Part shown: positions 9,996 to 19,505 of the stretch, one piece after another
How positions within the stretch are numbered: position 1 is the stretch's first letter
How the letters are laid out: each line of letters starts with the position of its first letter
Source of the DNA: Opitutales bacterium
GTDB lineage: Bacteria > Verrucomicrobiota > Verrucomicrobiia > Opitutales > JABSRG01
Direction: 5' to 3'
Length of the DNA stretch: 64,000 nt
Assembly: GCA_049599475.1 (NCBI GenBank)
Contig: JBMYOQ010000006.1
Coordinates: 1 to 64,000, forward strand
The notes under the pieces: generated by a model
The model's database searches: none
The model's input: the letters and a program-made list of their open reading frames with translations, nothing else
Told to the model about the DNA's origin: nothing
Program-made: the position numbers and the translations under genes

Positions 9996-10499
9996 TCAGC
10001 CATCCACTGGCTTATTTGGAGCGTTTCGATCGAATACCAGTCCCTCGGGGCGCCAATAGGGAGCGCAAACGACCGTCAGGCGTAGGTCTTCCTTCTCGTC
10101 GAGATTCTTTATGTTGTGCCATTCATTTGGGAGAATCACGATGCTGTCCCCCGCTTTCACTTCTTTAGTGCTGTCTTCAAGCATCATGAGGCCCTTCCCC
10201 TCGATGATCAGATAAACTTCTTCCCAGGCGTGTTTGTGGGGCACGATGGTGACCCCGCCCGGAATGAGAATGTCGGCGGTGCTGGTGAACTTGGCGCGTG
10301 AATTCCTTGGGCTCGCAAATTCTCGGGCTACGGCTTTGTCCTCCGCTTCATACCAGGTTTGCTTATCGATGGGGATGACTTCGATGTCGTCTGGCGGTCC
10401 GCTGGTGCCCGCACTCTTGGGAGTCTCCTCGGCAAAAGTTTTGAATGAAGCGCCTAAAATCGGCAGCGACAACCCAATGAAATTTCTTCGATTAATCAT
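9996..10499 (-). CDS. Cupin domain protein with Tat signal
   Basis: NRRNFIG twin-arginine; PHKHAWEEVY...WH metal-binding cupin motif. Confidence 0.85.
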   Translation of the reverse strand: MINRRNFIGLSLPILGASFKTFAEETPKSAGTSGPPDDIEVIPIDKQTWYEAEDKAVAREFASPRNSRAKFTSTADILIPGGVTIVPHKHAWEEVYLIIEGKGLMMLEDSTKEVKAGDSIVILPNEWHNIKNLDEKEDLRLTVVCAPYWRPEGLVFDRNAPNKPVDG

Positions 10500-10528
10500 G
10501 GGCGATTTGTAGCTGAATTGATGCCTGC

Positions 10529-11416
10529 TTAGTGGCCATATGCATTCAAAGATTCCGAATGAAGCCGAGCGCTTGTGCAAAAGAAGACGCCATGCTCGTT
10601 CATAAACGTGTTGCCCGGTTTATTGAGCGCTAGAGACTCTCCGTGGAAATCGGTCGCATGAGCACCTGCTTCATGGAAGAGACAGGCTGTCGCCGCGAAA
10701 TCCCAGAATGAACCGCCGCCTGGATTCGGCTTTGGCGGTTTGAAATAAATGGCAGGCGGGTTTTGCAAAACATAGCAAGCGTTGAGAACAGCGCCTCCGC
10801 CGATATGGATATGCGCTGAAGTGTATCCAGATTTTTGAGCTATTTCTTGCATTTGAGTGCTGATCTTCTCTCGATTCGGATCCGTTTCGAAAGAGCAGTC
10901 GAAACAGATATTGAGGACCTGCTTTTTTTCTGGATCATATTTGGGAATGTTCCACGGAGAACCGTTCATTTGGATCCCTTGTCCGCGCACTGCACGATAT
11001 AGAGTTTTTTCGGTCGGATCATAGACGACCCCGATAACCGGTGTTCCGTCTTTCTGAATCAAAGCGATCGATACGCCATAGCCGGGTTTTCCTTGGGTGA
11101 ACGGGAGGGTGCCATCTAAGGGGTCGATGCACCAAAAGTAATCTTTTTCGAGTCGACTTCCGTCGTCTTCAGACTCCTCGGTGAGCAGCGCGAGGTCGTA
11201 CTTGGGAAAGGTGGGCTCCAGGGTTTCGAGGACGATGCTTTGGGCTTGGCCGTCGACTTCGGTTACGACCTGAGATGCGAGGGAATCTCCGCCCGCTTTG
11301 TGCATCACCTTGATCTCGCGCTGGCTACATTCCGAAATATATTTGCCAGCTTTTGCGGCCGCTTGCTCGGTGATGATTGCGAGGGTCTCGAGGTCTGATG
11401 GGTGCAGGAGAGGCAT
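10529..11416 (-). CDS. Inositol monophosphatase / CysQ family phosphatase
   Basis: LTEES, WCIDPLDGT, WDFAA motifs. Confidence 0.9.
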   Translation of the reverse strand: MPLLHPSDLETLAIITEQAAAKAGKYISECSQREIKVMHKAGGDSLASQVVTEVDGQAQSIVLETLEPTFPKYDLALLTEESEDDGSRLEKDYFWCIDPLDGTLPFTQGKPGYGVSIALIQKDGTPVIGVVYDPTEKTLYRAVRGQGIQMNGSPWNIPKYDPEKKQVLNICFDCSFETDPNREKISTQMQEIAQKSGYTSAHIHIGGGAVLNACYVLQNPPAIYFKPPKPNPGGGSFWDFAATACLFHEAGAHATDFHGESLALNKPGNTFMNEHGVFFCTSARLHSESLNAYGH

Positions 11417-11511
11417 GTCTTATTGATAACCACAGAGTGGAGAGAGCACAGAAAAATAATTTAAATTTGAGTGCATGCATGCAGGGCGCTTCAGGGGCGG
11501 TATGAAATCTT

Positions 11512-11759
11512 AGACCGTGTCTCGAAAAGGTTTAGCCATGAGGGCAGGGGCAAGCGTCCCCACTTGACTGCTGCGATTTTCGCCCAGCATCTATGCTGCA
11601 ATCGGTTAAGCGAGGAGAGGCTGTCTCAAAAATGGTGGCGCCGGATCACCGTATCCGGCATAAGCGCGTTAGCCCAAACGACTGGTGCGGCTAAGGTCGA
11701 GTCATGCTCGCTCGGTGAGCGAGCGCTACCTAAATAGAGATTTATCCGAGTTTTGAGAC
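11512..11759. mobile_element. Nested non-autonomous MITE/REP remnants
   Basis: GAGAGGCTGTCTCAAAA (11615) ... TTTTGAGAC (11751) enclosing REP-like hairpins; 11615-11647 matches 63968-64000 at 31/33 nt; another REP-like unit at 11543-11570. Confidence 0.6.
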
Positions 11760-11905
11760 GAAGAAGAATTGGATCTTGGATGAAGTCTTTTTCCGCGATC
11801 TCGGCGACTCTGCGTGGGCTTCTTTCAAGCTAGATAGTTTCACCTGGAGCTGAGCTATATCAAAGTATTATCTGACCCCACCCTACGCTCAGTGCACTCC
11901 TGCGC

Positions 11906-12934
11906 TTAGGATCCTGCTTGTATCGACTGTATCACCTTGCGCGCGACAGTTTCACTGTATGTATTCACTTTCCAGTGACCTGGGCTCCAGCCTTTGAGGA
12001 AGCGATGAAAGTCGGTCCAAGCGACTGGATACAGTCCGCGCCATTCGTGTTCTAGGGCGTCCAGATCTGAAGACTCATGAGCCCCAGAGAGGGCCTCGAG
12101 TAGAATACTAAAGTAGCTGTCTAGTATCTTTGTTTCATGTTCTTTGCAGCTATTTTCATCGAGACAACTGCCGACGAAGTATGCGAGATCCTGCACTCCA
12201 CAGCCTCCGCCGATGTATTGGAAATCAACTGCGGCTACAGATGTTCCGTCCTGAGGGAAACAAAAATTTGCCAGTTTAGCATCGCCGTGAACGAGGGTTT
12301 TGAAACGGCTAGAATTTAAGCGTGCGTCGATGGCCTTGGCGGCTTCGTATAGGTCAAAGTCTTCATCTTTTAAGACCTTGAGTTCGTCGGGTCGAGTATC
12401 CAGATGCCAATAGGTCCCCCGCTCCCATAGACCTTCCGGAGAATACCCCAAAAACTGAGCATGAAAGTGAGCCAACCAGCGAATGCAGGCAAACAGCTGA
12501 TCTTCGTTCACCGACCTCAGCCTTTTAGGAAAACCTGCGGCATCTAGATCTTCTAAAATGAGTAATAGCTGGTCGCCTGAATCTTCGTATCCGAGCAGGC
12601 TAGGGACTCTGCTGTTTAGCGAACATGCCCTGCTATACTTAGAATACCAGGCGGCCTCGACCTGATAGGACTTCAGTTTTCGATGATGGGAGATGTCCGT
12701 ATTCCAGCCCCTAGGGTGCTTGCCTTGCGTAGGGGGTGAGACATGCTTCACGATTACGCTTTTCATCCGCCCGCCATCCAGGAAGTATCGCACAATTCTT
12801 CCATAGCCGCTCCAGAGTGATTGGAGCTCGGCAGTACGTATTACGCGCTCCGCACCCGTTATTGATATGATCTTGGACTCTATGGATTCTGCCATCGACT
12901 TTGGGGAGCATGGGCTCGGTCTAGGCATTGTCAA
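11906..12934 (-). CDS. APH/choline/ecdysteroid-kinase-like phosphotransferase
   Basis: [21 protein letters not shown] motifs; true start probably internal (MAESIES). Confidence 0.85.
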   Translation of the reverse strand: MTMPRPSPCSPKSMAESIESKIISITGAERVIRTAELQSLWSGYGRIVRYFLDGGRMKSVIVKHVSPPTQGKHPRGWNTDISHHRKLKSYQVEAAWYSKYSRACSLNSRVPSLLGYEDSGDQLLLILEDLDAAGFPKRLRSVNEDQLFACIRWLAHFHAQFLGYSPEGLWERGTYWHLDTRPDELKVLKDEDFDLYEAAKAIDARLNSSRFKTLVHGDAKLANFCFPQDGTSVAAVDFQYIGGGCGVQDLAYFVGSCLDENSCKEHETKILDSYFSILLEALSGAHESSDLDALEHEWRGLYPVAWTDFHRFLKGWSPGHWKVNTYSETVARKVIQSIQAGS

Positions 12935-12956
12935 AACCGCTGTTTGGAGACAGGCC

Positions 12957-13403
12957 CTAAGCGGTTGTACGCTTTAGAAGAGTTGAGCTTGTGACTTCGA
13001 ATACCAGCCAACCGAAGGGGGCTAAGAAGAGTGTGAGAGCCATATTAGGAGAAACCCACTTGAAGGAGTGGCCTTTTTCGAGGGCTCTGCGCCAGATCAG
13101 TGTTCCGACCAGGAGATCGAAACAAAGAAAGTGGATCCACGCGGCACTTGCTCCGGTTTCGGTGCCGAGTAGTGTCTGAACGCTTTCGAGATTTGGGTTC
13201 AGCAAGGTGGCGAAAGGTGCTGGGTCTTGAAGTATTCCATAAAATACCACAACTGAGTAAATCGCGGCTAGATAGAGCAAGGGCAGCTTTGTTTGATAGA
13301 TACGGTCGGTCCATTTCCATTTTGGAAGGAAAATGATGAGTGCCCAGAATATCAGCAGGGGAGCCCCCGCTATGTTGAAGGCTAGCTCAGGTATGTTGTT
13401 CAT
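12957..13403 (-). CDS. ABA4-like (DUF4281) membrane protein
   Basis: [10 protein letters not shown] and [13 protein letters not shown] signature. Confidence 0.85.
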   Translation of the reverse strand: MNNIPELAFNIAGAPLLIFWALIIFLPKWKWTDRIYQTKLPLLYLAAIYSVVVFYGILQDPAPFATLLNPNLESVQTLLGTETGASAAWIHFLCFDLLVGTLIWRRALEKGHSFKWVSPNMALTLFLAPFGWLVFEVTSSTLLKRTTA

Positions 13404-13411
13404 GATGTGGT

Positions 13412-14266
13412 CTAAATGAAGGGTTGGCCTCCGAGGGCTCGAAGTAAGCTGTAGAGGAAAAGTGCGCCATACCCTAGGGCGATTGATCTCAGGATCAGCA
13501 ACCCTGATGGAATCCTCAATGAGTGTGCGAATATGGCGAAGAGGAGAAATATTTGTAGTGAATGCAGGCCTACGAAATGCGGTATCCGAAGGTCCCCTAC
13601 ATCAAGGCTCCAACCTGCGAACGGAACTGTTGCATGATCTTCCTTAGGCGGGATTCCAACATGATGCGAACCACTGAGTTGGGGGCGGGCTACCTTCATG
13701 CCTTCCAGCTGTTCAGGCGTGGGACTTGTCATCGTGAATCCTTGGAACGATGCAAATGTCATCAGGATGATACCCAAAACTACCCCTTCGCTGATGATGT
13801 GCGGGGCTTGGTCTCTGGCCTTCCAAATAAAATAGGCGCTTACTAAAACAGAGCTCACCACTAGGGTAATGATGATTCCCATCGCCGAAAATACGGCCAG
13901 GTCGAAGGGAGTTGCGATATTGAAGTGGCTTTGCACGCCGCGCGTAGCCTGAATGAGCAGGAGGGCCGTTTCCACCAGCATGCCTATTCCTACGATCCAT
14001 CGGATACGATTGAAGGCGTTGGTATTCTTTTCCGTTCGGAAAACCCTAAACAACCATTCCAGAGTGAGATTATAGATCGCTATGCTACTGAAGAATTTGA
14101 TCGGCTTTATCCAACGTGGTTCGTCGTTGATTAGAGTCTGATCCAGCAGAGCTAGAGCAATTAGAATAGGGAGTCCTGCGAGGAAGACAAATACGCCGCT
14201 GTCCCAGAGTATTGTCGATTCATTAGGATGTGATCTGCGATACAATATCGAAGGCCAGGCTCGCAT
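13412..14266 (-). CDS. Membrane protein of the family commonly found next to ABA4-like genes
   Basis: WIKPIKF, QATRGVQSHFN, GDLRIPHFVGLHSLQ. Confidence 0.75.
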   Translation of the reverse strand: MRAWPSILYRRSHPNESTILWDSGVFVFLAGLPILIALALLDQTLINDEPRWIKPIKFFSSIAIYNLTLEWLFRVFRTEKNTNAFNRIRWIVGIGMLVETALLLIQATRGVQSHFNIATPFDLAVFSAMGIIITLVVSSVLVSAYFIWKARDQAPHIISEGVVLGIILMTFASFQGFTMTSPTPEQLEGMKVARPQLSGSHHVGIPPKEDHATVPFAGWSLDVGDLRIPHFVGLHSLQIFLLFAIFAHSLRIPSGLLILRSIALGYGALFLYSLLRALGGQPFI

Positions 14267-14432
14267 AAGATTATCCTGAACACTGAATCTAGAGTTTCCT
14301 AAATATCAAGGAAGTATGCCCGAAGCGTAGAACTCAGAGTCTCATAAATAAAAATTGACGAATCACGCCGGGGCTTGGACACAATCTGCCCCGACATGAT
14401 TCGCCTAGATATCGAGCCCTGCGCCCAATGAG

Positions 14433-15374
14433 TTATCGTTTTGTATATTTGGGGATGAAGTCTCCGATCAGCCCCGCGATGAACTCTCCATCCTCCTCAA
14501 GTGCGAAGTGACCGGTGTCTAGGAGGTGGAACTCTAGGGTTTTAAGATCTTGCTTATAGGGGTGGGCGCCTTCGACTGGGAATATATAGTCATTTTTTCC
14601 CCACGTTATTAGAGTGGGGGGTTGGTGTTCCCGCATGAAGGCTTGCCATTTTGGATACAGATCCAGGTTGGTCGCGTAGTCCAAGAAGAGCTTGAGCTGA
14701 ATTTCTTCATTGCCGTTGCGATCTAGGTGTGCGCGATCGTTCACCCAGTTATCCGGGCTGATAGCAGATGGATTGCGTGTCCCGTCGGTGTATTGCCATT
14801 TTACGCCTTCTGGAGAATAGGCGAAGGCAAGAGGGGCTGCTGTCTCTGTAGAGGGATTTGCCCAGTAGGTGCGAATCGGATCCCAGAACTCGCGAAGTCC
14901 CTCAGCGTATGCGTTTCCATTTTGCACGATGAGGGTCTCAACGCGTTCTGGATGCGCCGTTGCAATGCGAAAACCGACGGGAGCACCGTAGTCCATAAGA
15001 TAAAGGCTGTAGCGCTCGATGCCGATCCGCTCGATCAATTGATTTACGATCTGAGCGAAGTTATCGAAGGAATATTCGAAGCTACCGATGTCGGGTTGGG
15101 CACTGTTTCCGAAGCCTGGATAGTCTGGAGCGATCAGATAGAAATCGTCTTTCAGATCTTGTATCAGATTGCGGAACATGTGCGAGGACGTGGGAAACCC
15201 GTGCAAGAGCAAGATTGCGGGATTCTCCGGATTACCCGCCTCGCGGTAGAAGATGTCTACGCCATCGATTTGTTCAGTGTGGTAGTGCACTGGGTTTTCT
15301 GCGTCGCTGGCGGAGGTGAGGGTCGCTGTCGCGATGAACGACAGGATCCCGAGTAAGCTGTGTTTCAATTTCAT
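14433..15374 (-). CDS. Alpha/beta hydrolase (epoxide-hydrolase-like), secreted
   Basis: LLHGFPTSS, APDYPGFG, MDYG, GHFALE; signal peptide. Confidence 0.9.
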   Translation of the reverse strand: MKLKHSLLGILSFIATATLTSASDAENPVHYHTEQIDGVDIFYREAGNPENPAILLLHGFPTSSHMFRNLIQDLKDDFYLIAPDYPGFGNSAQPDIGSFEYSFDNFAQIVNQLIERIGIERYSLYLMDYGAPVGFRIATAHPERVETLIVQNGNAYAEGLREFWDPIRTYWANPSTETAAPLAFAYSPEGVKWQYTDGTRNPSAISPDNWVNDRAHLDRNGNEEIQLKLFLDYATNLDLYPKWQAFMREHQPPTLITWGKNDYIFPVEGAHPYKQDLKTLEFHLLDTGHFALEEDGEFIAGLIGDFIPKYTKR

Positions 15375-15380
15375 TTATAG

Positions 15381-15397
15381 ATCTATCAGTAGATAGG
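15381..15397. promoter_or_regulatory. TetR operator, copy 1
   Basis: ATCTATCAGTAGATAGG palindrome, identical to 16203-16219. Confidence 0.75.
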
Positions 15398-15415
15398 TTT
15401 AAGGTGGAAATTTTT

Positions 15416-16180
15416 TTAGTTTCTACCGGCCATAACTCCGCCATCGATATCCCAGACTGCGCCCGTTACCCAGGAGCTCTCATCTGAGAGAAGGTGATCT
15501 ACCGAGCTTGCAACATCCTCAGGGCGCCCTACACGGCCAATTGGGTGGAAGCCGTCGAAGCCAGCGAGTGTTTCCTCGATTTTATCCTCTTCGATGAAGG
15601 CCTTGTAGATTGTAGTTACGACAACTGCGGGAGACACGGCATTCACGCGGATACCGAAGTCAGCCAGTTCCATAGCGAGGTGCTGAGTCATGGCGTGTAA
15701 GCCCGCCTTCGCCATCGAGTAGGAGCTGGAAGGGGTCGCTTTAATCGCCTGCTTCGCCCACATGGAGCCGATGTTTACGATGGAACCTTTGTTATTTTCC
15801 TTCATGCGCTCGGCCACTGCTTGAGTGATAAAGAAGAAGGCTTCGTTAATATCCATATACTTGCGGTAGTCTTCGCGAGATTGCTCTAGGAAAGGCTTTG
15901 GGAAGAAGTAGCCTGCTGCGTTTACGAGGCCAACGATCTGATTCGAATCGCTCTGGATATGACTGATAAGCGCGTCGACCGATGGGGCGTCGTAGAGATC
16001 GGCTGCCACAGTCTGTACTGCTCCGCCGTTAAGCGCCTCGAGAGCGTCCTTGGCTTCCTGAAGGTCCATCGCATTGCGAGCGACCAAGGTAACTGCCTCG
16101 TTGCGTGCAACTAGGCGCTTTGCTGTCTGGTAACCGATTCCTTTGGAACCGCCGATGATGTAGGTAGTGTGTGTATTCAT
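15416..16180 (-). CDS. SDR family oxidoreductase
   Basis: GGSKGIG, NAAG, YSMAK, RVNAVSP. Confidence 0.92.
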   Translation of the reverse strand: MNTHTTYIIGGSKGIGYQTAKRLVARNEAVTLVARNAMDLQEAKDALEALNGGAVQTVAADLYDAPSVDALISHIQSDSNQIVGLVNAAGYFFPKPFLEQSREDYRKYMDINEAFFFITQAVAERMKENNKGSIVNIGSMWAKQAIKATPSSSYSMAKAGLHAMTQHLAMELADFGIRVNAVSPAVVVTTIYKAFIEEDKIEETLAGFDGFHPIGRVGRPEDVASSVDHLLSDESSWVTGAVWDIDGGVMAGRN

Positions 16181-16202
16181 AATTGTTAGGATTTAAATGT
16201 GC

Positions 16203-16275
16203 ATCTATCAGTAGATAGGCTGTAGAAAAATCAAGAATTGACGGATTGCAAGTGTAAATCTATCAGTAGGTAGAT
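16203..16275. promoter_or_regulatory. TetR operators, copies 2 and 3, in the divergent promoter region
   Basis: ATCTATCAGTAGATAGG (16203) and ATCTATCAGTAGGTAGAT (16258). Confidence 0.75.
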
Positions 16276-16290
16276 AAAAATTTAAAAACG

Positions 16291-16827
16291 ATGTCAGACA
16301 AGCGAGAAGAAATTATACAAGTAGCCACAGGGATGGTCCGCGAAGGCGGTTATAACGCGTTCAGTTTCAGGGAGATAGCCGATCGTGTCGGTGTGAAAAG
16401 CTCCTCGGTGCATCATTACTTTCGGAGGAAAGAAGATTTAGCAGAAATGGTCGCCAAGGGGTATCACGAGGGATTCATGCAGGCGATAGGGCCACGTCCG
16501 ACGCCCGAAGAGGGGTCCAAAAAGATGCTAAAGCGCTATGGCCAAGCCTTTCTCGATTCGTTCAATGCATCGGGAAAAGCATGCTTGTGCGGCATCCTGA
16601 GCCATGAGTCGACCGCGCTGCCTGAACCCGTGAATCAGCAAGTCAGCCTGTTTGTCGATGCAAACATCAAATGGCTGAGCGGAGCCTTCGCGGGTGGCTC
16701 AGCAAGCGCCGAAGCCAAAGCAAAACTGTGCTATACAGCACTCAGTGCATCGATGGGCGTTGCAGCTCTAAAGGGAGATGTGTCTTGGATAGAGACCGTC
16801 CTGAGTGAACTACAGGAGCTGCTTTAA
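16291..16827 (+). CDS. TetR/AcrR family regulator (NemR/AcuR-like)
   Basis: GYNAFSFREIADRVGVKSSSVHHYF HTH; CLCG motif. Confidence 0.9.
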   Translation: MSDKREEIIQVATGMVREGGYNAFSFREIADRVGVKSSSVHHYFRRKEDLAEMVAKGYHEGFMQAIGPRPTPEEGSKKMLKRYGQAFLDSFNASGKACLCGILSHESTALPEPVNQQVSLFVDANIKWLSGAFAGGSASAEAKAKLCYTALSASMGVAALKGDVSWIETVLSELQELL

Positions 16828-16874
16828 ATCGGTAGCGGCCGATCTCCGAGCGGCTGAATGCGGCGTATCAGCTG
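16828..16874 (+). repeat. Truncated copy of the GTAG-REP core of the 174-bp cassette
   Basis: ATCGGTAGCGGCCGATCTCCGAGCGGCTGAATGCGGCGTATCAGCTG matches ~41223 and ~63814. Confidence 0.8.
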
Positions 16875-17306
16875 TGCTACACAGCTCTCAGTGGTTCTAT
16901 GGGAGTCGCCGCGCTGAAAAAGGATGCGTCCTGGATCGAGTCGGCACTTGGGGAACTGCTGGAGCTGTTTTAAGGTAAGCGGGTCTAAGAAAAACTGCAG
17001 GTCTAGCCCTTGTTGCTCCGCGTAAGATTTGCCACGGAGAATCAGAGGGCTCGGAACGGATCCTCCATATTGCGGGAAATGCTCACGCCCGCTGGCGCTC
17101 ATGACGCAAAGACGCCAAGCTTAAAACTGCATCTCCAATGAGGTCTCAGCAAAAATCCCTCAGTGCTCTGAGTGCTTCAGACTTACACTGCTTTCGTTCT
17201 CGCCGCTTCCGTGGTTAGACACTTCCCCCCCAATTAGTTTCTCTGCGTGAAATTAACCCCAGAGGAGCCCTGTCCTCTGCGATTAATTCCAGACCCTGAA
17301 GCTGCC

Positions 17307-17909
17307 TTAGAATCGATCGTAAATTACAACCTTGTCATCGCTGAGGCGGGCACCGCGATCCCAGGCTGGTTTTGCGAGTTTGCCGACGGGAATCATAAAA
17401 CTGATGATGGTGTCTTTGGGGAGGTTCACCAGTTCTGCCACCTTTGTTCCGTCGAATCCGATCATCGGGCAAGAGTCATAGCCGAGGCCTTTGGCCGCAA
17501 GCATGAGTGTCATCCCTGCGAGTGCTGAAGAGCGGATGGCTTCATCGCGGATCAGTTGATCGTTGCCTTCGTAGAAAGGCTTAAGCATGGGGCCGAGGAT
17601 GTCTTGCACCTCTTGAGGCGCATGCCCCCAGTAAAGGCCTGGATCTTCAGCGTGCGCGGTAATATCTGCACACATCAGGAAGAGCACACTCGCGTCGGTG
17701 ACTTGAGCCTGGTCCCACGCAGCAGCGCGGACCTCTTTGCGCAGCTCTGGATCGCGGATCACGAGTAGACGGTAATTCTGCATGTTAAACGAGGACGGGG
17801 CCAGCTTGGTAAGGCGAATCAGCTCCGCGAGATCAGCCTCGGGCATCGTGTGCTCGGGGTCATAGTGTTTGATAGAGCGGCGCTCTTCGATAGCTTCTAT
17901 TACGTTCAT
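17307..17909 (-). CDS. Nitroreductase family protein
   Basis: RRSIKHY, APSSFNMQ, GYDSCPMIGFD. Confidence 0.92.
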   Translation of the reverse strand: MNVIEAIEERRSIKHYDPEHTMPEADLAELIRLTKLAPSSFNMQNYRLLVIRDPELRKEVRAAAWDQAQVTDASVLFLMCADITAHAEDPGLYWGHAPQEVQDILGPMLKPFYEGNDQLIRDEAIRSSALAGMTLMLAAKGLGYDSCPMIGFDGTKVAELVNLPKDTIISFMIPVGKLAKPAWDRGARLSDDKVVIYDRF

Positions 17910-17942
17910 GGTATGTCGTATTGGATGTTTGGTTACAGAAAG

Positions 17943-19505
17943 TTAAAGGTGTGTCAGGTGTTTCACTTCAGGCTTATCGGGGCCTATGTGGAATCTTAAG
18001 AGTGCTTCCTCAATTTTTTGATCTTCTTCGGTAAAGCGGTCATGGCTACGAATGTGATCAGAGACGGAGGCATGTTGGAAGATTTCATATATCTCGGTAG
18101 GATCCTCTGGATTCGAATACATTCCCCAGAAATTTGCACCATCTCGCAGTCGGATTGAGCGTAGCTGCTCGGCCTTTTTCATGAATTCTTTAATCGCTTC
18201 GGGCTTTACCTTGTAGGTCTTCTGCAAGAGCAGTGGACTGTTGTCATCGCTTGCCTCGGATACAATACTTGGCATAGGCCAATGGTGAGAGGGCGCTAGT
18301 TGGCTTTTGCCGCCATCGCGCAAAGGTAGGTGCTTCGTGAAGAACCAGGCCACCACTTGCAAGACGGCCGCACTGATCAATGTATTGCTCGTGCCAATCC
18401 AGTTCGCGATTGCACCCCAGAGGAGGCTGCCCACGGCCATTCCTCCGAAGAAGATGAGCAGATAAACGGATAATGCGCGTCCGCGAACCCAGGCGGGGAG
18501 GGTCGCTTGAGCGCCGACATTGAAGGTGGATAAAAGGGCTAGCCAGGATGCTCCGCCAAGAAACATTACCGGTAGTAGTATCCAGAAATTCTTTACAAGC
18601 CCTAAGGCTACGGTAACTCCTGCGAAAACGAAACCACTCAGTGTGATGAGGGTCGTTGGGCTGAGTTTCTTTTTGAGCACGGTGACCTGAGACGCGAGTG
18701 CGATGGCTCCGGCACCCAGAGCACCGAGAAGAATCCCGTATTGGGTGGCGTCTAGTTCAAGCTCACGTCGAGCCACGACCGGGAGCACGGCCCACGCGGC
18801 ACTCGCGCTGATCATGAAGCAGGCAATACGGTATAAAACCGCGCGGAATTCAGGAGCGTGGAAAATGAAGCGCAGCCCTGTCACTACCGCTGACCAGAAG
18901 TGCTCGGGCGGCAGTTTTTGCTCGGTCTTGGGGCGTTTCCACTTCCATAAAGCAAAGGTAATATAAACGAAGGAGACGGCGTTTAAGGCAAATACCACGG
19001 TGGGCCCCGTCGCTGCTACCAGGATGCCTGCGGCTGCTGGCCCGATCGCGCGAGCGATGTTGATCCCCATACCATTGAGGGCGACCGCGTTGGGAAGCTC
19101 CGATTTATCGACTAGTTCGGGGACGACTGCCTGCCAAGCGGGCGCTGTCATCGCGGTGGCTAGGCCCAGGAGGAAAGAGAATAGCAAGAGCGTGATGGGC
19201 GTGTATCCGAAGGTCACTCCGACAATTGCGAGGCCGCCCGCTGCAATGGCAGCTCCAATCTGGATAACCAGCAGATATTTTCTCCGATCAAGAAGATCTG
19301 TGAGGACTCCCGCTGGTAGAGCGAAGAAGAAAAAGGGCAGGGTGAGCAATGTCTGGACGAGTGCCACCATAAAGGGCGAATCGCTCAGGTCCGTCATCAG
19401 CCATGCTGCACCGACCTCGTGCATCCAGTGCCCGATATTGGAGATTACGGTGGCTATCCATAGTGAGCGGAAAACCTTATTTTTGAGCGGAGAAAAAGAG
19501 CTCAT
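17943..19505 (-). CDS. MFS transporter (MFS_3/DUF894 type with C-terminal soluble domain)
   Basis: LWIATVISNIGHWMHEVGAAW, PAWQAVVPELV, RLRDGANFW. Confidence 0.9.
   Translation of the reverse strand: MSSFSPLKNKVFRSLWIATVISNIGHWMHEVGAAWLMTDLSDSPFMVALVQTLLTLPFFFFALPAGVLTDLLDRRKYLLVIQIGAAIAAGGLAIVGVTFGYTPITLLLFSFLLGLATAMTAPAWQAVVPELVDKSELPNAVALNGMGINIARAIGPAAAGILVAATGPTVVFALNAVSFVYITFALWKWKRPKTEQKLPPEHFWSAVVTGLRFIFHAPEFRAVLYRIACFMISASAAWAVLPVVARRELELDATQYGILLGALGAGAIALASQVTVLKKKLSPTTLITLSGFVFAGVTVALGLVKNFWILLPVMFLGGASWLALLSTFNVGAQATLPAWVRGRALSVYLLIFFGGMAVGSLLWGAIANWIGTSNTLISAAVLQVVAWFFTKHLPLRDGGKSQLAPSHHWPMPSIVSEASDDNSPLLLQKTYKVKPEAIKEFMKKAEQLRSIRLRDGANFWGMYSNPEDPTEIYEIFQHASVSDHIRSHDRFTEEDQKIEEALLRFHIGPDKPEVKHLTHL

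Noticed and set aside
11480..11580. FMN riboswitch-like start (AGGGGCGGTATGAAAT)
   Set aside because: The remaining conserved FMN elements are missing, no riboflavin gene follows, and the region is explained by repeat debris.
16824..17102. 92-aa minus-strand ORF as a gene
   Set aside because: It has no recognisable motif and its 3' end runs through a REP copy; at most a gene remnant.
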